DNA from: an uncultured bacterium
GTDB taxonomy: Bacteria; Zhuqueibacterota; QNDG01; DTFT01
DNA length: 64,000 nt
Direction of reading: 5' to 3'
Assembly: GCA_963736115.1 (NCBI GenBank)
Contig: CAVTNR010000010.1
Span: 134,071-198,070, forward strand
Part shown: piece by piece, positions 9,874-21,653 of the stretch
Numbering within the stretch: the stretch's first letter is position 1
Layout: each line of letters starts with the position of its first letter
Program-made: the position numbers and the translations under genes
The notes under the pieces: generated by a model
What the model was told of the DNA's origin: nothing
The model's database searches: none
The model's input: only the letters and a program-made list of their open reading frames with translations

Positions 9874-11364
9874 CTATTTACGCAACCTCAATTCCGTAAC
9901 CTTGCCTGTTATTGCATCGAATGCAGCTTCAAGTCCTGCCGCGTTTTCAACAAAGAAATGGTTCTCAGGCTTGGATGCGCAATTGTGAAGTACATTGTAG
10001 ATTTCCGTGCCGGGAGCAGTCTGGTCGCTGACGCCGATCGTGAATATTTCGATGGCATTGCCCGAATAGGACTTTTTCGCTTCGGTGCAAGCTGCAAGCG
10101 ACAGATTGCTAAGGGAATTCGGCAAATCGCTTTCCGAGGACAGCCCTTCTGAAAACGGATCCGAATCCATGTAAAATCCGTAGGGTGTCCAGTTGTCATG
10201 GGGACCATTGACTGTCAGCTTTTTGCCGCCCATGCCAAAATCCTTGGGATCAAATGAAAACGGGGTTACCGTGTTGGAAGCATTCTGACACTGGGAGTTC
10301 TGATACTCGACCTCGGTTGTCTGCGAACCATCGGTCAACACAACCAATACCTTTCCTGTACCCGAATTCCACTGGTCGCCCTCGGTAAACGGCCATTCAC
10401 GCGACAAGGTACGCAAACCCCAGGTAATGCCTGGCGCTATAATGGTTCCGTCATTGCCCTGGCTGTCAAGCGAATCAATCTTGGAAATCAGATCCGGATA
10501 ATTGTTGCTCAAGGGCATGATTTCATGGCGCACACAATTGCGGTTTGGTCCGTCAAACTGGGCGCTTGTTAGCCCTGCGCCTGCCGCTTCATTCATATTG
10601 GCATAGCCAGTATTGGTTCCATTGCTGCTGTTCTTGCACATCCCGCCGTCGGGAGTTGGAGGCCAGATATAAGCCTGCAACTTGGCGCCTGGATCATTTG
10701 CAATATGGTTTGGTGCAGCACGCTCCTGTACACAGCCCATCCATTCAGTGCCTGCGAATAGGGGATTCGTATTTCCGGTCACAAAGTCGGTATTGGCTTT
10801 TCCCACATTGACATTCATTGTGAAGGGCACAATTGAAATCTTGCCTTTGCTGCCGACGGAACCTTCAATTTTTGAGATCAGTGATTTGGATGAGGTTTTC
10901 AGCTGTGAAATCCGGCTGGTTCCATCCGGAAACATCGCGTTCATTGATCCGCTCACATCGAGCACCAGTGCAACCTCAACGCCCCTGACCCCGATATTGG
11001 CAATCGACTCAACGTTAATCGCCATATTCTGGACGCCTAACAGCCCCATGAAACTTGTCGGGTGCTCGTAGTCGATTTGGACCGTAAGATCGTCCGCGAC
11101 GAGGCTTACCGCTACCGCATTTTCAGGAATGGTGCTGATCTGTGACAGAAAATAATCTTTCGCAATGGCTTTTCGCTCATCTGAAGTCTTATCAACTTCA
11201 CGCGCACCTGCGAGCGCTGATGCATCCGCCACATTTTGGACCTTGGACCGCAAATTGCTCAGCTGCGAATAGTCGACCGCCATCCCTATTGCCAACATGA
11301 TAGGCAAAAGCGCGAGAGCAAAGATAATTGCAAAATTCCCGCGGTCTGATCGTATGAAACTCAT
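9874..11364 (-). CDS. TadG-like Flp pilus-associated protein with vWA domain
   Basis: Pseudopilin N-terminus RGNFAIIFAL..AVDYS..QNVADASALA; MIDAS LVLDVSGSM; VLTDG; IFTIGV. Confidence 0.85.
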   Translation of the reverse strand: MSFIRSDRGNFAIIFALALLPIMLAIGMAVDYSQLSNLRSKVQNVADASALAGAREVDKTSDERKAIAKDYFLSQISTIPENAVAVSLVADDLTVQIDYEHPTSFMGLLGVQNMAINVESIANIGVRGVEVALVLDVSGSMNAMFPDGTSRISQLKTSSKSLISKIEGSVGSKGKISIVPFTMNVNVGKANTDFVTGNTNPLFAGTEWMGCVQERAAPNHIANDPGAKLQAYIWPPTPDGGMCKNSSNGTNTGYANMNEAAGAGLTSAQFDGPNRNCVRHEIMPLSNNYPDLISKIDSLDSQGNDGTIIAPGITWGLRTLSREWPFTEGDQWNSGTGKVLVVLTDGSQTTEVEYQNSQCQNASNTVTPFSFDPKDFGMGGKKLTVNGPHDNWTPYGFYMDSDPFSEGLSSESDLPNSLSNLSLAACTEAKKSYSGNAIEIFTIGVSDQTAPGTEIYNVLHNCASKPENHFFVENAAGLEAAFDAITGKVTELRLRK

Positions 11365-11531
11365 GATATTAGCCCCGATATCAGTTTTTTGGCTACAGAT
11401 ATCAAGTGCCAATGAATGAACAGATAAACGAATTCGAAGCCATTTTATGGATTATGTTAAGGCACCATAATCCTAAAACGGGCCAAGTTCGCTTGGGGCA
11501 AACACAATTATCAGCATTGAGCTGTTCCGGT

Positions 11532-12305
11532 TTACACCGTCAGACCAAAGCCTCTCAGAAGCTTGGCCGTTACCGGATCAGGTTTTCCCCCGGTAAACCT
11601 TGCAATGTCGGGTTCAAACACTTCTGTTTGAACACTTGGACCGATGAGGCTTACGGCACGGCGCGCGATAGCCTCCGAGGTATCAATCCAGTCAACCGGC
11701 CATGGAGCCATCTTGCGCATCCGGTTGACGAGGAATGGATAATGCGTACAGGCCAGAACAATGATATCCGTTCGCCGACCGTCCTTTTCCATGAAACAGG
11801 GTTCGATTTCCGCCAGAACCGCCGCCTCATCGACAATACCGCCGCGCATATAGGCTTCGGCAAGCCGCGCAAGCATGGTGCTGCCGACCAGCCTCACTTC
11901 GCATTTGCTTGCCCAGTCGCTGATCAAATCCCTTGTATACTGCCTGCGCACGGTTCCAGGTGTTGCAAGCACTGAAACAAGACCGGAACGGGTCCGCTCA
12001 GCAGCAGGTTTGATCGCCGGAACAGTGCCGACAAACAATTGATCGGGATACACCTCCCGCAGGCGCTCTATGGCAAGCGTCGATGCGGTGTTACAGGCAA
12101 TTACTATGATCTCCGGTTTCCACTCTTCAATCAGGGTACCAAACAAACCGATCATGTGTTCGAGAAGTGCCGCCTCTTCCCAGTCACCATAGGGAAATGC
12201 TGCATCATCGGCGACATAGATGAAGCGCCGGTCCGGCATCAATACGCGTGCCTCCCGCAGCACAGTCAATCCGCCAATACCCGAGTCGAAGATCAATACA
12301 CTCAT
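11532..12305 (-). CDS. murI: Glutamate racemase
   Basis: [35 protein letters not shown]. Confidence 0.95.
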   Translation of the reverse strand: MSVLIFDSGIGGLTVLREARVLMPDRRFIYVADDAAFPYGDWEEAALLEHMIGLFGTLIEEWKPEIIVIACNTASTLAIERLREVYPDQLFVGTVPAIKPAAERTRSGLVSVLATPGTVRRQYTRDLISDWASKCEVRLVGSTMLARLAEAYMRGGIVDEAAVLAEIEPCFMEKDGRRTDIIVLACTHYPFLVNRMRKMAPWPVDWIDTSEAIARRAVSLIGPSVQTEVFEPDIARFTGGKPDPVTAKLLRGFGLTV

Positions 12306-12306
12306 C

Positions 12307-13149
12307 TCATTTACCTGATAAAAGAGCGGTCCAGCGGTTAATATGGCCCCGCCCCTCGCGGCGCAAAGCCAGTTTTCCGTCATCATCAAAAACAAACAAC
12401 AATCTCTTTTGGGCAAAACTGCGTGCATAGATCCAGGTAAAGCCGGCACCAAGTGCAAGCCCCATCACAACATCTGAAGGAAAATGAACTCCAATGAAGC
12501 TGCGGCTTGAGGCAACAAACACTCCTAGTATCAAGAACGGCCAAAAGAGTCGGGGAAACAAAAGTGCCAATGCCATCGCCAAAGCCCCGGATGTCGTCGA
12601 ATGGCCAGACGGGAAACTGGCAAAATTGTATCCGGCATGAAAAGGCACTGCTTCCCATGGGGATGCGCCCTCTACAAAAGGTGGTCGCAGCCTGCCAAAA
12701 CAGATTTTCAATCCGTTGGTAATCAACCCGGAAAGGGCGACGCTGGTAAAAATGAAATAGGCGGTCAAAAAGAACCTGTGCCAAACTGTATTAAGCGCCC
12801 CTTTGTGGCGATCGGCTGAAAGAACAGACATCAACAGGATAACGAAACCGCTGGAATACAATATCCAGTCGGCCTGTGCGACCAGCGTCAACTTGCCAAA
12901 GAACCAGTTGTTCTTTGTTGCGTTAGCCCGAACAAGTTCAAGAAACCGCGCATCGACAAAAATCAAAAGTGCCAGAACAAGAACCATTGTAATAATGCTT
13001 AGGACAAAAACGCGGCTCAGCGGCCATACCGGAAACCGCCTGTCCTGCCTGCGACCGTTCACGAAGGTGATCCATGAACGCACCTTGGCAAACCAGTTTG
13101 AAGGTTGAGGCTGAACACGCTTGATCATCAGATGGTGTGACTTGGGCAA
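12307..13149 (-). CDS. PAP2-family membrane phosphatase (LpxE-like)
   Basis: [24 protein letters not shown] motifs plus TM helices. Confidence 0.85.
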   Translation of the reverse strand: MPKSHHLMIKRVQPQPSNWFAKVRSWITFVNGRRQDRRFPVWPLSRVFVLSIITMVLVLALLIFVDARFLELVRANATKNNWFFGKLTLVAQADWILYSSGFVILLMSVLSADRHKGALNTVWHRFFLTAYFIFTSVALSGLITNGLKICFGRLRPPFVEGASPWEAVPFHAGYNFASFPSGHSTTSGALAMALALLFPRLFWPFLILGVFVASSRSFIGVHFPSDVVMGLALGAGFTWIYARSFAQKRLLFVFDDDGKLALRREGRGHINRWTALLSGK

Positions 13150-13221
13150 AATCGACTCTTTGGTGGAATGGCGAAACGAAAACCTGATTGCACGATTTCA
13201 TGGCCACATGCAATTGCAGGT

Positions 13222-13629
13222 TCAGAGTTGTGTTTTGCCCCCATCCGAGAATTTTGCAGCTTCATCTCCTATTTCATAGTAGTCGCCCTTGTCAGCAACA
13301 AAGATATGCTTGGTCAGCTTTAGCCCGGTCGGCTTGTCAAAGCTTCCCGCCATGATTGACGTGAAGTCATCTTTTTCTGATTTCCAGAAAAGCACCGATC
13401 CGCAATTGGAGCAAAAACCGCGTTTTGCCGACTTTGATGACTGATACCATTTGACATGATCCCCGCCGCTCAATTCGATGGCATCGTCCTTCGCATTGGT
13501 GGCTGCGTAATGATGACCCGATTGTTTGCGGCACTGCGTACAGTGACAGGCAAGCACTTCGCGCAACTGGCCTTTAACCCTGAAACTCACATTTCCGCAC
13601 AAACAGGATCCGGTGTGTATTTCGCTCAT
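13222..13629 (-). CDS. GFA (CENP-V) family Zn protein
   Basis: GSCLCG, CHCTQCRK, RGFCSNCGS. Confidence 0.9.
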   Translation of the reverse strand: MSEIHTGSCLCGNVSFRVKGQLREVLACHCTQCRKQSGHHYAATNAKDDAIELSGGDHVKWYQSSKSAKRGFCSNCGSVLFWKSEKDDFTSIMAGSFDKPTGLKLTKHIFVADKGDYYEIGDEAAKFSDGGKTQL

Positions 13630-13721
13630 TCAGGTTTCTCCACAAATTTGGCCAGCATCAAAAAAAGGGCGGAAATCCACTTGGAATTTCCGCCCGATAT
13701 TAGGTAATTTGAGACAACCGA

Positions 13722-15098
13722 TCAAACAGCAATTTTCTGCTTCGTGCCGCCACGATCTTCCTGAAGAAGTTCCGAAACCAGGAACGCCAATTCCAGCGAT
13801 TGCGAAGCATTGAGGCGCGGATCGCAATGTGTGTGGTAGCGGTCACCAAGATCCTCGTCCATCACCGCCCGCGCACCGCCCGTGCATTCGGTAACGTCCT
13901 TGCCCGTCATTTCAAAGTGAACACCGCCAGGATAGGTTCCCTCGGCGCGATGGATGGCAAAGAACTGCTGCACTTCTTTAAGCACGCGCTCGAACGGGCG
14001 TGTCTTGTAACCACTTGACGATGTGATGGTGTTGCCATGCATAGGATCACAGCTCCAGACAACCTTCTTGCCTTCGCGTTCCACTGTCCTGATCAGATTT
14101 GGCAGGTGTTCGCCTACCTTGTCAGATCCAAAACGGGCGATCAGTGTCAATCGTCCTGCGGTATTTTCCGGATTGAGAATATCAATCAGTTCCAACAAAC
14201 CTTCGCTCGAAGTGGATGGTCCGCATTTGAGACCGATAGGGTTTTTGATACCCCGGCAAAATTCCACATGGGCATGGTCCGGCTGGCGGGTCCTGTCGCC
14301 AATCCAGAGCATGTGCCCCGATGTGCCATAATAATCACCACTGGTGGAATCGATGCGCGTCAGCGCCTCCTCGTATCCAAGCAGCAATGCCTCATGGCTG
14401 GTATAAAACTCGGTCTCACGCAAACGCGGATGATCATCCGCTGAAAAGCCTATGGCCTTCATGAAGCGCAAGGTTTCCGTAAGCCGGTCGCCGATTTGTT
14501 TGTAGCGGTCCGACTGCGGGCTTTTCTCGACAAAATCAAGCATCCATTCATGAACGTGCTCCAGATTGGCATAGCCACCCTGCGCAAATGCGCGAAGCAG
14601 GTTGAGCGTCGCTGCAGACTGGCGGTAAGCCATGATCTGGCGCTCAGGATCGGGTGTGCGCACCGCCGGGTCAAATTCCGGAGCATTGATGATATCACCG
14701 CGATAGCTCGGCAGTGAAACTTCACCCTGTTTTTCAAAGTCTGACGAGCGGGGCTTGGCAAACTGGCCGGCAATACGCCCAACTTTTACAATCGGCTTTG
14801 CAGCAGCAAAGGTAAGAACCACCGACATTTGCAGGAATACGCGGAAAAAATCGCGAATATTGTCTGCGCCATGTTCGGCAAAACTTTCTGCGCAATCTCC
14901 ACCCTGCAGCAGAAAAGCATTGCCTTCGGAAACCTTGGCGAGTGACTTCGTCAATGCGCGCGCTTCCCCGGCAAATACCAGCGGAGGAAAGCTTGCAATT
15001 CGCGCCTCGGCCACCTTCAGCGCTTCCTTGTCCGGAAAATCCGGAATCTGCACGAATGGCTTTGAACGCCAGGAATTTGGAGACCAATTCTGAGACAT
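13722..15098 (-). CDS. Class II DAHP synthase
   Basis: [48 protein letters not shown]. Confidence 0.95.
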   Translation of the reverse strand: MSQNWSPNSWRSKPFVQIPDFPDKEALKVAEARIASFPPLVFAGEARALTKSLAKVSEGNAFLLQGGDCAESFAEHGADNIRDFFRVFLQMSVVLTFAAAKPIVKVGRIAGQFAKPRSSDFEKQGEVSLPSYRGDIINAPEFDPAVRTPDPERQIMAYRQSAATLNLLRAFAQGGYANLEHVHEWMLDFVEKSPQSDRYKQIGDRLTETLRFMKAIGFSADDHPRLRETEFYTSHEALLLGYEEALTRIDSTSGDYYGTSGHMLWIGDRTRQPDHAHVEFCRGIKNPIGLKCGPSTSSEGLLELIDILNPENTAGRLTLIARFGSDKVGEHLPNLIRTVEREGKKVVWSCDPMHGNTITSSSGYKTRPFERVLKEVQQFFAIHRAEGTYPGGVHFEMTGKDVTECTGGARAVMDEDLGDRYHTHCDPRLNASQSLELAFLVSELLQEDRGGTKQKIAV

Positions 15099-15239
15099 GG
15101 GATTACCTTTTACGCTCTGCATCAACAATCGCGATCTCTTGTAAAAGGATCGCCTGATGCCATTGAAAACCAATTTGTCCAAAAGCACCAATGAATTTGC
15201 GCGCGTTATAGGCAAAGACTTCAAGGAAGGCCAGAAAAA

Positions 15240-15851
15240 TCAATCCGAATTTCTGAATTGAACACCTGCATCCTTCAGCAGTTGATCAAAAATCGTTTTT
15301 TCCTTGCTGCTCAATGTCACCGCTCTTGGATATAGCGGCTTATCGCGATCCAATATTATCTCCCGGTCGAAACCTGTGGTTGTCTCAATAAACCGGGACA
15401 AGCCGGTTTGCCCGTGAGCATTTAGGAAACCCTGCATTACGGCATCCAGATAGGACTGCAACAAAGGCGAGTGGTTATCTTCAACCTTCGTCGCGACATA
15501 TACAAAACGGTTGGCCAGCGGGATGGATTTCAACTCGCTGCATGCCGAAAGATCAACAAGGTCTTCATCAACATTTACCCGGCTGTAATGTAATTCCCGG
15601 ACGTCCAGGTCTCGCAAATGGGCAATGTGGTCTATGATCAGCATGCCATCAATGACGGTATTATCATTTCGATGAACGCTAAGGAGGGCCGGCATTCTGC
15701 CCTCTGTACCCGGATCACCCGTAGCGCGGGACTGCCAGTGACGCCGCCAGCCTTTCAGTCGCGCAGGATAGGCTGCAACATACCGCGTCCGTAATGTTTC
15801 AAGATTGACCAGCGAACCATAACCGAAATAGGCGATCAAGCTGTCAGACAT
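15240..15851 (-). CDS. Gamma-glutamylcyclotransferase family protein
   Basis: YFGYGSL N-terminus, LKGWRR, LDVRE..Y, SYLD. Confidence 0.75.
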   Translation of the reverse strand: MSDSLIAYFGYGSLVNLETLRTRYVAAYPARLKGWRRHWQSRATGDPGTEGRMPALLSVHRNDNTVIDGMLIIDHIAHLRDLDVRELHYSRVNVDEDLVDLSACSELKSIPLANRFVYVATKVEDNHSPLLQSYLDAVMQGFLNAHGQTGLSRFIETTTGFDREIILDRDKPLYPRAVTLSSKEKTIFDQLLKDAGVQFRNSD

Positions 15852-15856
15852 TGAGA

Positions 15857-17245
15857 TCAGTCCTGCCGGACACCATCAACCACCAGATAACTGGGTTGAT
15901 ACATGGTCACCAGTTCCTCGGCAGCGGTCGGATGAACAGCCATTGTCCGGTCAAAATCATCTTTTGTAGCCCCCATTTTCAGGGCAATACCAAGCAACTG
16001 AACCATTTCGCCGGCATCAGGGCCGACAATATGAACGCCAAGCACCTTGTCAGTAGCCGTCTCGACAACGATCTTCATCAGCATTTTTTCATCCCGCCCC
16101 GCGAGGATGTATTTCATCGGCCGGAAAGTCGCCTTGTAGACTTTCAAGTCACGGCACATTTCCGCTGCCTGCTCTTCGCTCATGCCCACCGTTCCGATTT
16201 CCGGTTGGGTGAATACCGCTGTCGGAACCAGCGTATGATCCGGCATGGTCGGATTGTCCTTGTACAAGGTTTCGATCAGACACATGGCCTCGTGGATTGC
16301 AACAGGAGTTAGATTGACCCTGTCCGTCACATCGCCAACCGCATAAATGGAAGGCACTTTGGACCGGGAGTATTCATCAACGGCAATCCGGCCGTCCCAT
16401 TCAAGCTCAACACCGGCGCTCAAAAGCCCGAGATTTTTTGTATTGGGCTTGCGCCCGGTTGCCAAAAGAACCTGCTCCGCCTCCAGAGTTGCGCCGCTAT
16501 TCAGCTTGACGTTGCGCAGTTTGCCTTCCGGCTTGACGCTTTCAATATTGGTATTGAAGATAAACTTGACGCCTTTTTTCTCCATCTCATGGTGAAGATG
16601 CTGCCGCACGTCATGATCAAATCCGCGCAGGATTTCATTGCCGCGATAGACCACTGTGATCTTCGTCCCCAACTGGGCAAAGATGCAGGCGAATTCCAGA
16701 GCGATATACCCTGCCCCAAGAACAACCATGCTTTTTGGCAATTCAGGAAGATCGAAAACATCATCGGAAATAATGCAATGCTCTGCCCCTTCAATTTCCG
16801 GCATTGCATTGGGCCTGCCGCCGACAGCAATGAGTATGTTTTCTGCGGTCACTTCCCTGCCGCTGTCGTGCAGACTGACAGAATGCGCCCCTGTCACACT
16901 CGCGCGGGTATCGAATACCTCCGCCTTGTTGTTCTCGAGCCCCTTGCGATAAAGCCCTTCAAGGCGGGTAATTTCCTTTTCCTTGGCATCAACAAAGGTA
17001 CTCCAGTCAAAACTGGTTTCCCCAACGCTCCAGCCATATCCGGCGGCGTCTTCAAACTGTTTTGGGAATTGCGATGCGTACACCATCAGTTTCTTGGGCA
17101 CGCAACCGCGAATGACGCAGGTACCGCCAAAGCGCGACTCTTCTGCCACACCAACTTTCTTTCCGAGGGAAGCTGCTACCCTGCCCGCACGCACGCCTCC
17201 TGATCCGCCTCCAATTACAAACAGATCATAATCATAGTTTGTCAT
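15857..17245 (-). CDS. gor: Glutathione-disulfide reductase
   Basis: GGGSGG, GGTCVIRGCVPKK, GAGYIALEFA, GDVTDRVNLTPVA, HPTAAEE. Confidence 0.95.
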   Translation of the reverse strand: MTNYDYDLFVIGGGSGGVRAGRVAASLGKKVGVAEESRFGGTCVIRGCVPKKLMVYASQFPKQFEDAAGYGWSVGETSFDWSTFVDAKEKEITRLEGLYRKGLENNKAEVFDTRASVTGAHSVSLHDSGREVTAENILIAVGGRPNAMPEIEGAEHCIISDDVFDLPELPKSMVVLGAGYIALEFACIFAQLGTKITVVYRGNEILRGFDHDVRQHLHHEMEKKGVKFIFNTNIESVKPEGKLRNVKLNSGATLEAEQVLLATGRKPNTKNLGLLSAGVELEWDGRIAVDEYSRSKVPSIYAVGDVTDRVNLTPVAIHEAMCLIETLYKDNPTMPDHTLVPTAVFTQPEIGTVGMSEEQAAEMCRDLKVYKATFRPMKYILAGRDEKMLMKIVVETATDKVLGVHIVGPDAGEMVQLLGIALKMGATKDDFDRTMAVHPTAAEELVTMYQPSYLVVDGVRQD

Positions 17246-17300
17246 TTACATATCCCGTTTCAGGAGTAATTTTCCGCGTATTCGCACAATTCCTGCCAAT

Positions 17301-17330
17301 AAAAAACCCGGCGCGCAAGGCTCGCCGGGT
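17301..17330 (-). terminator. Rho-independent terminator downstream of DUF2059 gene
   Basis: ACCCGGCGAGC-CTT-GCGCGCCGGGT followed by TTTTT on the minus strand. Confidence 0.65.
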
Positions 17331-17354
17331 CAATGTAATTTCCTATCGGAAGGA

Positions 17355-17858
17355 TTATTGCAAGCCCTTCTCTTTCAACTTTTCCTGAATGAGTACCTGC
17401 AGGTCGCGCTGAACACCACCGGCCCAAATACGCGATGCTTCCGTCATTTCACGAACAACAATCGGGCTTTCGGAAAGGAATTTTTTTCCCGCTTCAGATT
17501 CATAGAAATCAGCAATCGAGACCAGTTCAGCTTCGGTAAAGACCTTGGCAAAAACCTGCGCAACCTCATTTTCCAGATCGCCGCGCCGCGATGCAAATGT
17601 CAGGGCCGCCTCATCTACCAGCACAGTCAGTTGGGCTTCTTCATCAGGCCTGTTGCGGATCAGTTCGGCTTTTGCCTCTTCTGCCATTTGCGGAAGAATA
17701 ATATCAAGCCTGTCTGTCGAGCGGGTAGCTGTGATAGCACGTTTTGCTGCATTCAAATGGCTTTCAGTGGCCTCTTGCGCCACTACCGATTGAACTGCAC
17801 CCACAGCGAAGATCATCACAGCCAATACATAAACCGCGATCTTGTTTCCAAATTTCAT
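17355..17858 (-). CDS. DUF2059 domain periplasmic protein
   Basis: Signal peptide; FTEAEL..IADFYESEAGKKF; conserved rpiA-DUF2059-gor order in rhizobia. Confidence 0.8.
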   Translation of the reverse strand: MKFGNKIAVYVLAVMIFAVGAVQSVVAQEATESHLNAAKRAITATRSTDRLDIILPQMAEEAKAELIRNRPDEEAQLTVLVDEAALTFASRRGDLENEVAQVFAKVFTEAELVSIADFYESEAGKKFLSESPIVVREMTEASRIWAGGVQRDLQVLIQEKLKEKGLQ

Positions 17859-17907
17859 TTCAAATACTCCATAATCAGGCGAACCACCTGATCCTTCAAA
17901 TTATCGC

Positions 17908-18618
17908 TTATCGTGCTACATTACACGCATCAACGTTTTTTTATACTAATTCCCTCAGCACCCGCAATGACAGCAGCGTTGGCAAGTCCTAAAAAAGTCC
18001 ATGCTGAACCACGCCAGGAATCTCAAGCAGACCTGTTGAAAGGGTTTCTGCATCCGGAATACGGCCAAATGATGCATCAAGAATAAAATGACCGCCATCG
18101 GTTACAAACGGTGCGGTTTCGCTTCCGCGTAATACGATCGCACCTTTCAATTGCAGGCTTTCTGCGAGCTTTGCAATCGCAATCCGTGTCGCACCAAGCC
18201 CGAACGGATTGACTTCCACAGGTAGTGGAAATGCCCCAATCGTCTCGACCACCTTGCTTGCATCGGCAATCACCACCATTTGGCTGGATGCGGCAGCAAC
18301 GATCTTTTCACGCAGCAGTGCTCCGCCGCCACCTTTTATCAGGCGAAGATCGTGGTCGATTTCATCCGCCCCATCAATGGTCAAATCCAACTGCGGAGTT
18401 TCATCCAAAGTGGTCAACGGAACACCCAGTTCTTCACATAGCGCCCTCGAGCGCTCGGAAGTCGGAACGCCAATGATCTTGAGCCCGGCTTTTACCTCTT
18501 TTGCCAAAATCCGAATGAACTCATCTGCTGTCGATCCGGTTCCGATACCGAGCCGCATTCCGTCTTCGACAAAATCGAACGCTGCTCTTGCTGCTGCGAT
18601 TTTCAATTCTACTGACAT
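17908..18618 (-). CDS. rpiA: Ribose-5-phosphate isomerase A; C-terminus shifted at a T-run near 17990, exact end uncertain
   Basis: [37 protein letters not shown]; [11 protein letters not shown] continues in the shifted frame. Confidence 0.92.
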
Positions 18619-18815
18619 ATCCTCACCCCGGCCTGTTTCCATGTAATCAAGCAATTGCGCAACCGCGTAACACGGCGAAAACCGCATTTCCAGACAACCG
18701 CGTAACTTCTTCGTGCATAAGTCGCAATTATCGATGGAGTATCCCGCTCAAGGGAATTTGGACTTGAGAACACATCTCACCTGATATAACCGGACTGCAA
18801 ACAGGAGTTGGCACC

Positions 18816-19481
18816 ATGCCTCAAAATACCGCAATCATATTTGATCTTGATGGAACACTGGCCGACACCGCACCAGATCTGCTTGCTTCCCTGAACCATT
18901 GTGTGCGCGACCACGGTTTTGAGACTTTTACCCTCAACGAAATCGGCCATCTTGTCGGCCAGGGTTCGATTGCGATGATCAAACGCGCTTTTGAGCTGCA
19001 CAACAAGGATCTTGGAGAAGAACTCCTGAAAACCCTTCACCGTGAATTTCTGGTTCACTATGAGGCAAACATCGCGGTTCATTCAAGATTGTTTCCGGGG
19101 ATACCGGAATTATTGAACGACCTTGACAAGGACGGACATCTTTTGTGCATCTGCACCAACAAGTATGAGGGAATGGCACGCAAGCTGTTGAACGAATTGG
19201 GCGTTTACAACCGCTTTGCAGCGGTCACCGGCGGGGACAGTTTCGAATTCAAGAAGCCGGATGCGCGACATCTTCTGAAAACACTGGAAATAGCTGACCG
19301 CGCCAGGGGCATCATGGTAGGTGACACCGTTACGGATGCCCATGCCGCTCAAAATGCCAAAATGCCACTGGTTCTGGTCGACTTCGGATATTCAGCCGAG
19401 CCTGTCAGCATATTCAATCCCGATGCGATCATTTCGCATTTTGACGAAGCCTACCAGGCAATCGTCAATTTGCGAAAGTAA
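18816..19481 (+). CDS. gph: Phosphoglycolate phosphatase (HAD)
   Basis: FDLDGTLADT, CTNK, KKPD, MVGD..TD, FGY. Confidence 0.85.
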   Translation: MPQNTAIIFDLDGTLADTAPDLLASLNHCVRDHGFETFTLNEIGHLVGQGSIAMIKRAFELHNKDLGEELLKTLHREFLVHYEANIAVHSRLFPGIPELLNDLDKDGHLLCICTNKYEGMARKLLNELGVYNRFAAVTGGDSFEFKKPDARHLLKTLEIADRARGIMVGDTVTDAHAAQNAKMPLVLVDFGYSAEPVSIFNPDAIISHFDEAYQAIVNLRK

Positions 19482-19490
19482 TGGGTTGGA

Positions 19491-21653
19491 TTATGCCACT
19501 TTCTTGCTTAGTGGCAGTTCCGGACCTTCCAGCCAACTCATCAGATTAACGAGGCTCATCGGCTTGGCAAAAAAGAACCCTTGCATGATCCTGCATCCGC
19601 CTGCTTTGAGTGCCAGCAACTGGGCTTCCGTTTCCACGCCTTCAGCGACTGTTTCATAGTCCAGACTGTGGGCCATTGCGATGATCGTGCGGACAATTGC
19701 CTCACCATGCCTGTCATTTCCACCCAATGTATTGACGAAACTGCGGTCGATCTTGAAAACGTCGAACGGCAAACGGCTCAATTGCGCCAGATTTGAGTAA
19801 CCGGTACCAAAATCGTCAATGGCGAACCGGACACCATGCCGCTTGAGTTCCTCAATATGGCTGAGAGCTATGTCGGGATAGCTCATCGCCATGCTCTCGG
19901 TAATTTCGAGTTCCAGAAGCGATGCATCCGCTCCTGTCTTTGCAAGGATGGCCAAGACGATGTCGCTGAATTCTGCCTTTTCGAATTGCTGCATCGAAAT
20001 GTTGACCGCAACAGGGATTCGGTGACCGGCATTGGTAAATACATTGATTTGTTTGCAGGCTGTCTCAATGACGTATTCACCAAGCGGAATAATCAGGCCG
20101 CAATCCTCGGCAATCGAAATGAACTCGCCGGGATTGATCATTCCCTTTTCCGGATGATGCCAGCGGATCAACCCTTCGAGGCTGTGAACCTTCATCGTCT
20201 GTGTATCGATCTTCGGCTGATAAAACAGTTCAAGTTCGCCATTGCCAAGCGCCTTGCGCAAATCCGACTCGATTTCCATTCGGTGCGTGGCCTGCTCATT
20301 CAGCTCTTTGGAGAAGAAGCGGAAGGTGTTCTTTCCCTCTTCCTTGGCCTGGTACATCGCCATGTCGGCGTGCTTGAGGATGGTCTGGTAGTCATGGCCA
20401 TCGCGCGGGAAAGCCGCAATGCCGATAGAGGCGCCAACCACAATTTCCTTGCCCTCGATCACAAACGGCTTTGTCATCGAATTGATGATCCGGCGGGCTA
20501 CAATAGCCGTATCGGTTTCCTCGCGGATTTCCGGCAGCAGGATCGTAAACTCGTCGCCGCCAAGGCGGGCAAAAGTATTGGACTTCCTGTCATCATCGCT
20601 TTCGCTGATTTCATGCGCTTCCAGAGCGGCATCAAAGGATACCTGATCACCGTGACGCACCACATCACTGATGCGTTCGGCAAAGCTTGTCAGCAACTTG
20701 TCACCAAAATCATGTCCAAAAGTGTCATTAACGCGTTTGAACCCGTCAAGATCGACAAACAGCAGCGCGCCCGATGTGCCTGTCCGCTCATTCTTGGCAA
20801 CGGCGCGCGACAACTCCCTGCGAAAAAATTCGCGGTTTGGCAGGCGGGTAATCTTGTCAACATAAGCCAGATCATAAATTTGTGCTATATTCTGGCGAAT
20901 TGTGCCAACCATCTGGTTGAAAGCAGCAGCAAGCTGACGAACCTCAAGCGCGCCCTTGCCTTCTGCCTCCCTCTCCAGATCACCTTCGGCAATGGCCATA
21001 GCTGTCTGGGACAGGCCCCTCAATGGAGCGGTAATCTGCGAGATCATTTTGGCAGCAAGAACAAGCCCGAAAAGCAGGATCGGTATTACCGACAGCAATC
21101 TGGCCTTTATCATCGGATAAAGCACTTCGCCAATGGCAGGATTGTGGAAGCTGATCATGACCGAGCCGATAGCACGCGGCGTGATTGCAAAATTGTTGTT
21201 GCCTGTCTCAAGCAAGGGTTCGACCACCTCGATTAGAGGACCGGCAACACGGTAGGTGGTCTTGGCGTTTTCCATCGCATCAGTCTGCAAGGTGGACACA
21301 TTGATCGGAATAATCGGCGACGTCATCAGATCACCATCCAGGAAGAAGGTTCCTTCCCGGTCGATAACGATCAGGCGCTCCACATTTGGACGTTTGTGGA
21401 CCGAAGCCAATATTCTCTCCAGATCATCCAGATCGAGATTGAAGAGCTGCTGCTCAAAACTGCGGGCAATAAGATTTGTTGTCGCGATGGCATCATTGAA
21501 ACGCGATTGGCGGGACTTTTCCAGCTCTGATGCGGTGTCACTGGCAAGCTGCGCAGCCAGCAAAAGCGCTGCAACACAAAACACCAGACTTAAAAATCTG
21601 AAATGTAATCCCGAGACGATGCCCCCGCACCACGTCTTTACTGAATTCATCAT
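19491..21653 (-). CDS. Membrane HAMP-GGDEF-EAL c-di-GMP cyclase/phosphodiesterase
   Basis: Two TM, HAMP, DLDGFKRVNDTFGH, RLGGDEF, EGLIRW, ELEITES, DDFGTGYS, KIDRSF, EGVE. Confidence 0.92.
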   Translation of the reverse strand: MMNSVKTWCGGIVSGLHFRFLSLVFCVAALLLAAQLASDTASELEKSRQSRFNDAIATTNLIARSFEQQLFNLDLDDLERILASVHKRPNVERLIVIDREGTFFLDGDLMTSPIIPINVSTLQTDAMENAKTTYRVAGPLIEVVEPLLETGNNNFAITPRAIGSVMISFHNPAIGEVLYPMIKARLLSVIPILLFGLVLAAKMISQITAPLRGLSQTAMAIAEGDLEREAEGKGALEVRQLAAAFNQMVGTIRQNIAQIYDLAYVDKITRLPNREFFRRELSRAVAKNERTGTSGALLFVDLDGFKRVNDTFGHDFGDKLLTSFAERISDVVRHGDQVSFDAALEAHEISESDDDRKSNTFARLGGDEFTILLPEIREETDTAIVARRIINSMTKPFVIEGKEIVVGASIGIAAFPRDGHDYQTILKHADMAMYQAKEEGKNTFRFFSKELNEQATHRMEIESDLRKALGNGELELFYQPKIDTQTMKVHSLEGLIRWHHPEKGMINPGEFISIAEDCGLIIPLGEYVIETACKQINVFTNAGHRIPVAVNISMQQFEKAEFSDIVLAILAKTGADASLLELEITESMAMSYPDIALSHIEELKRHGVRFAIDDFGTGYSNLAQLSRLPFDVFKIDRSFVNTLGGNDRHGEAIVRTIIAMAHSLDYETVAEGVETEAQLLALKAGGCRIMQGFFFAKPMSLVNLMSWLEGPELPLSKKVA

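Noticed and set aside
19836-21236. Long antisense ORFs (also 474..1382, 4363..5196, 50666..51457)
   Set aside because: Shadows of well-supported genes on the opposite strand, with no motifs.
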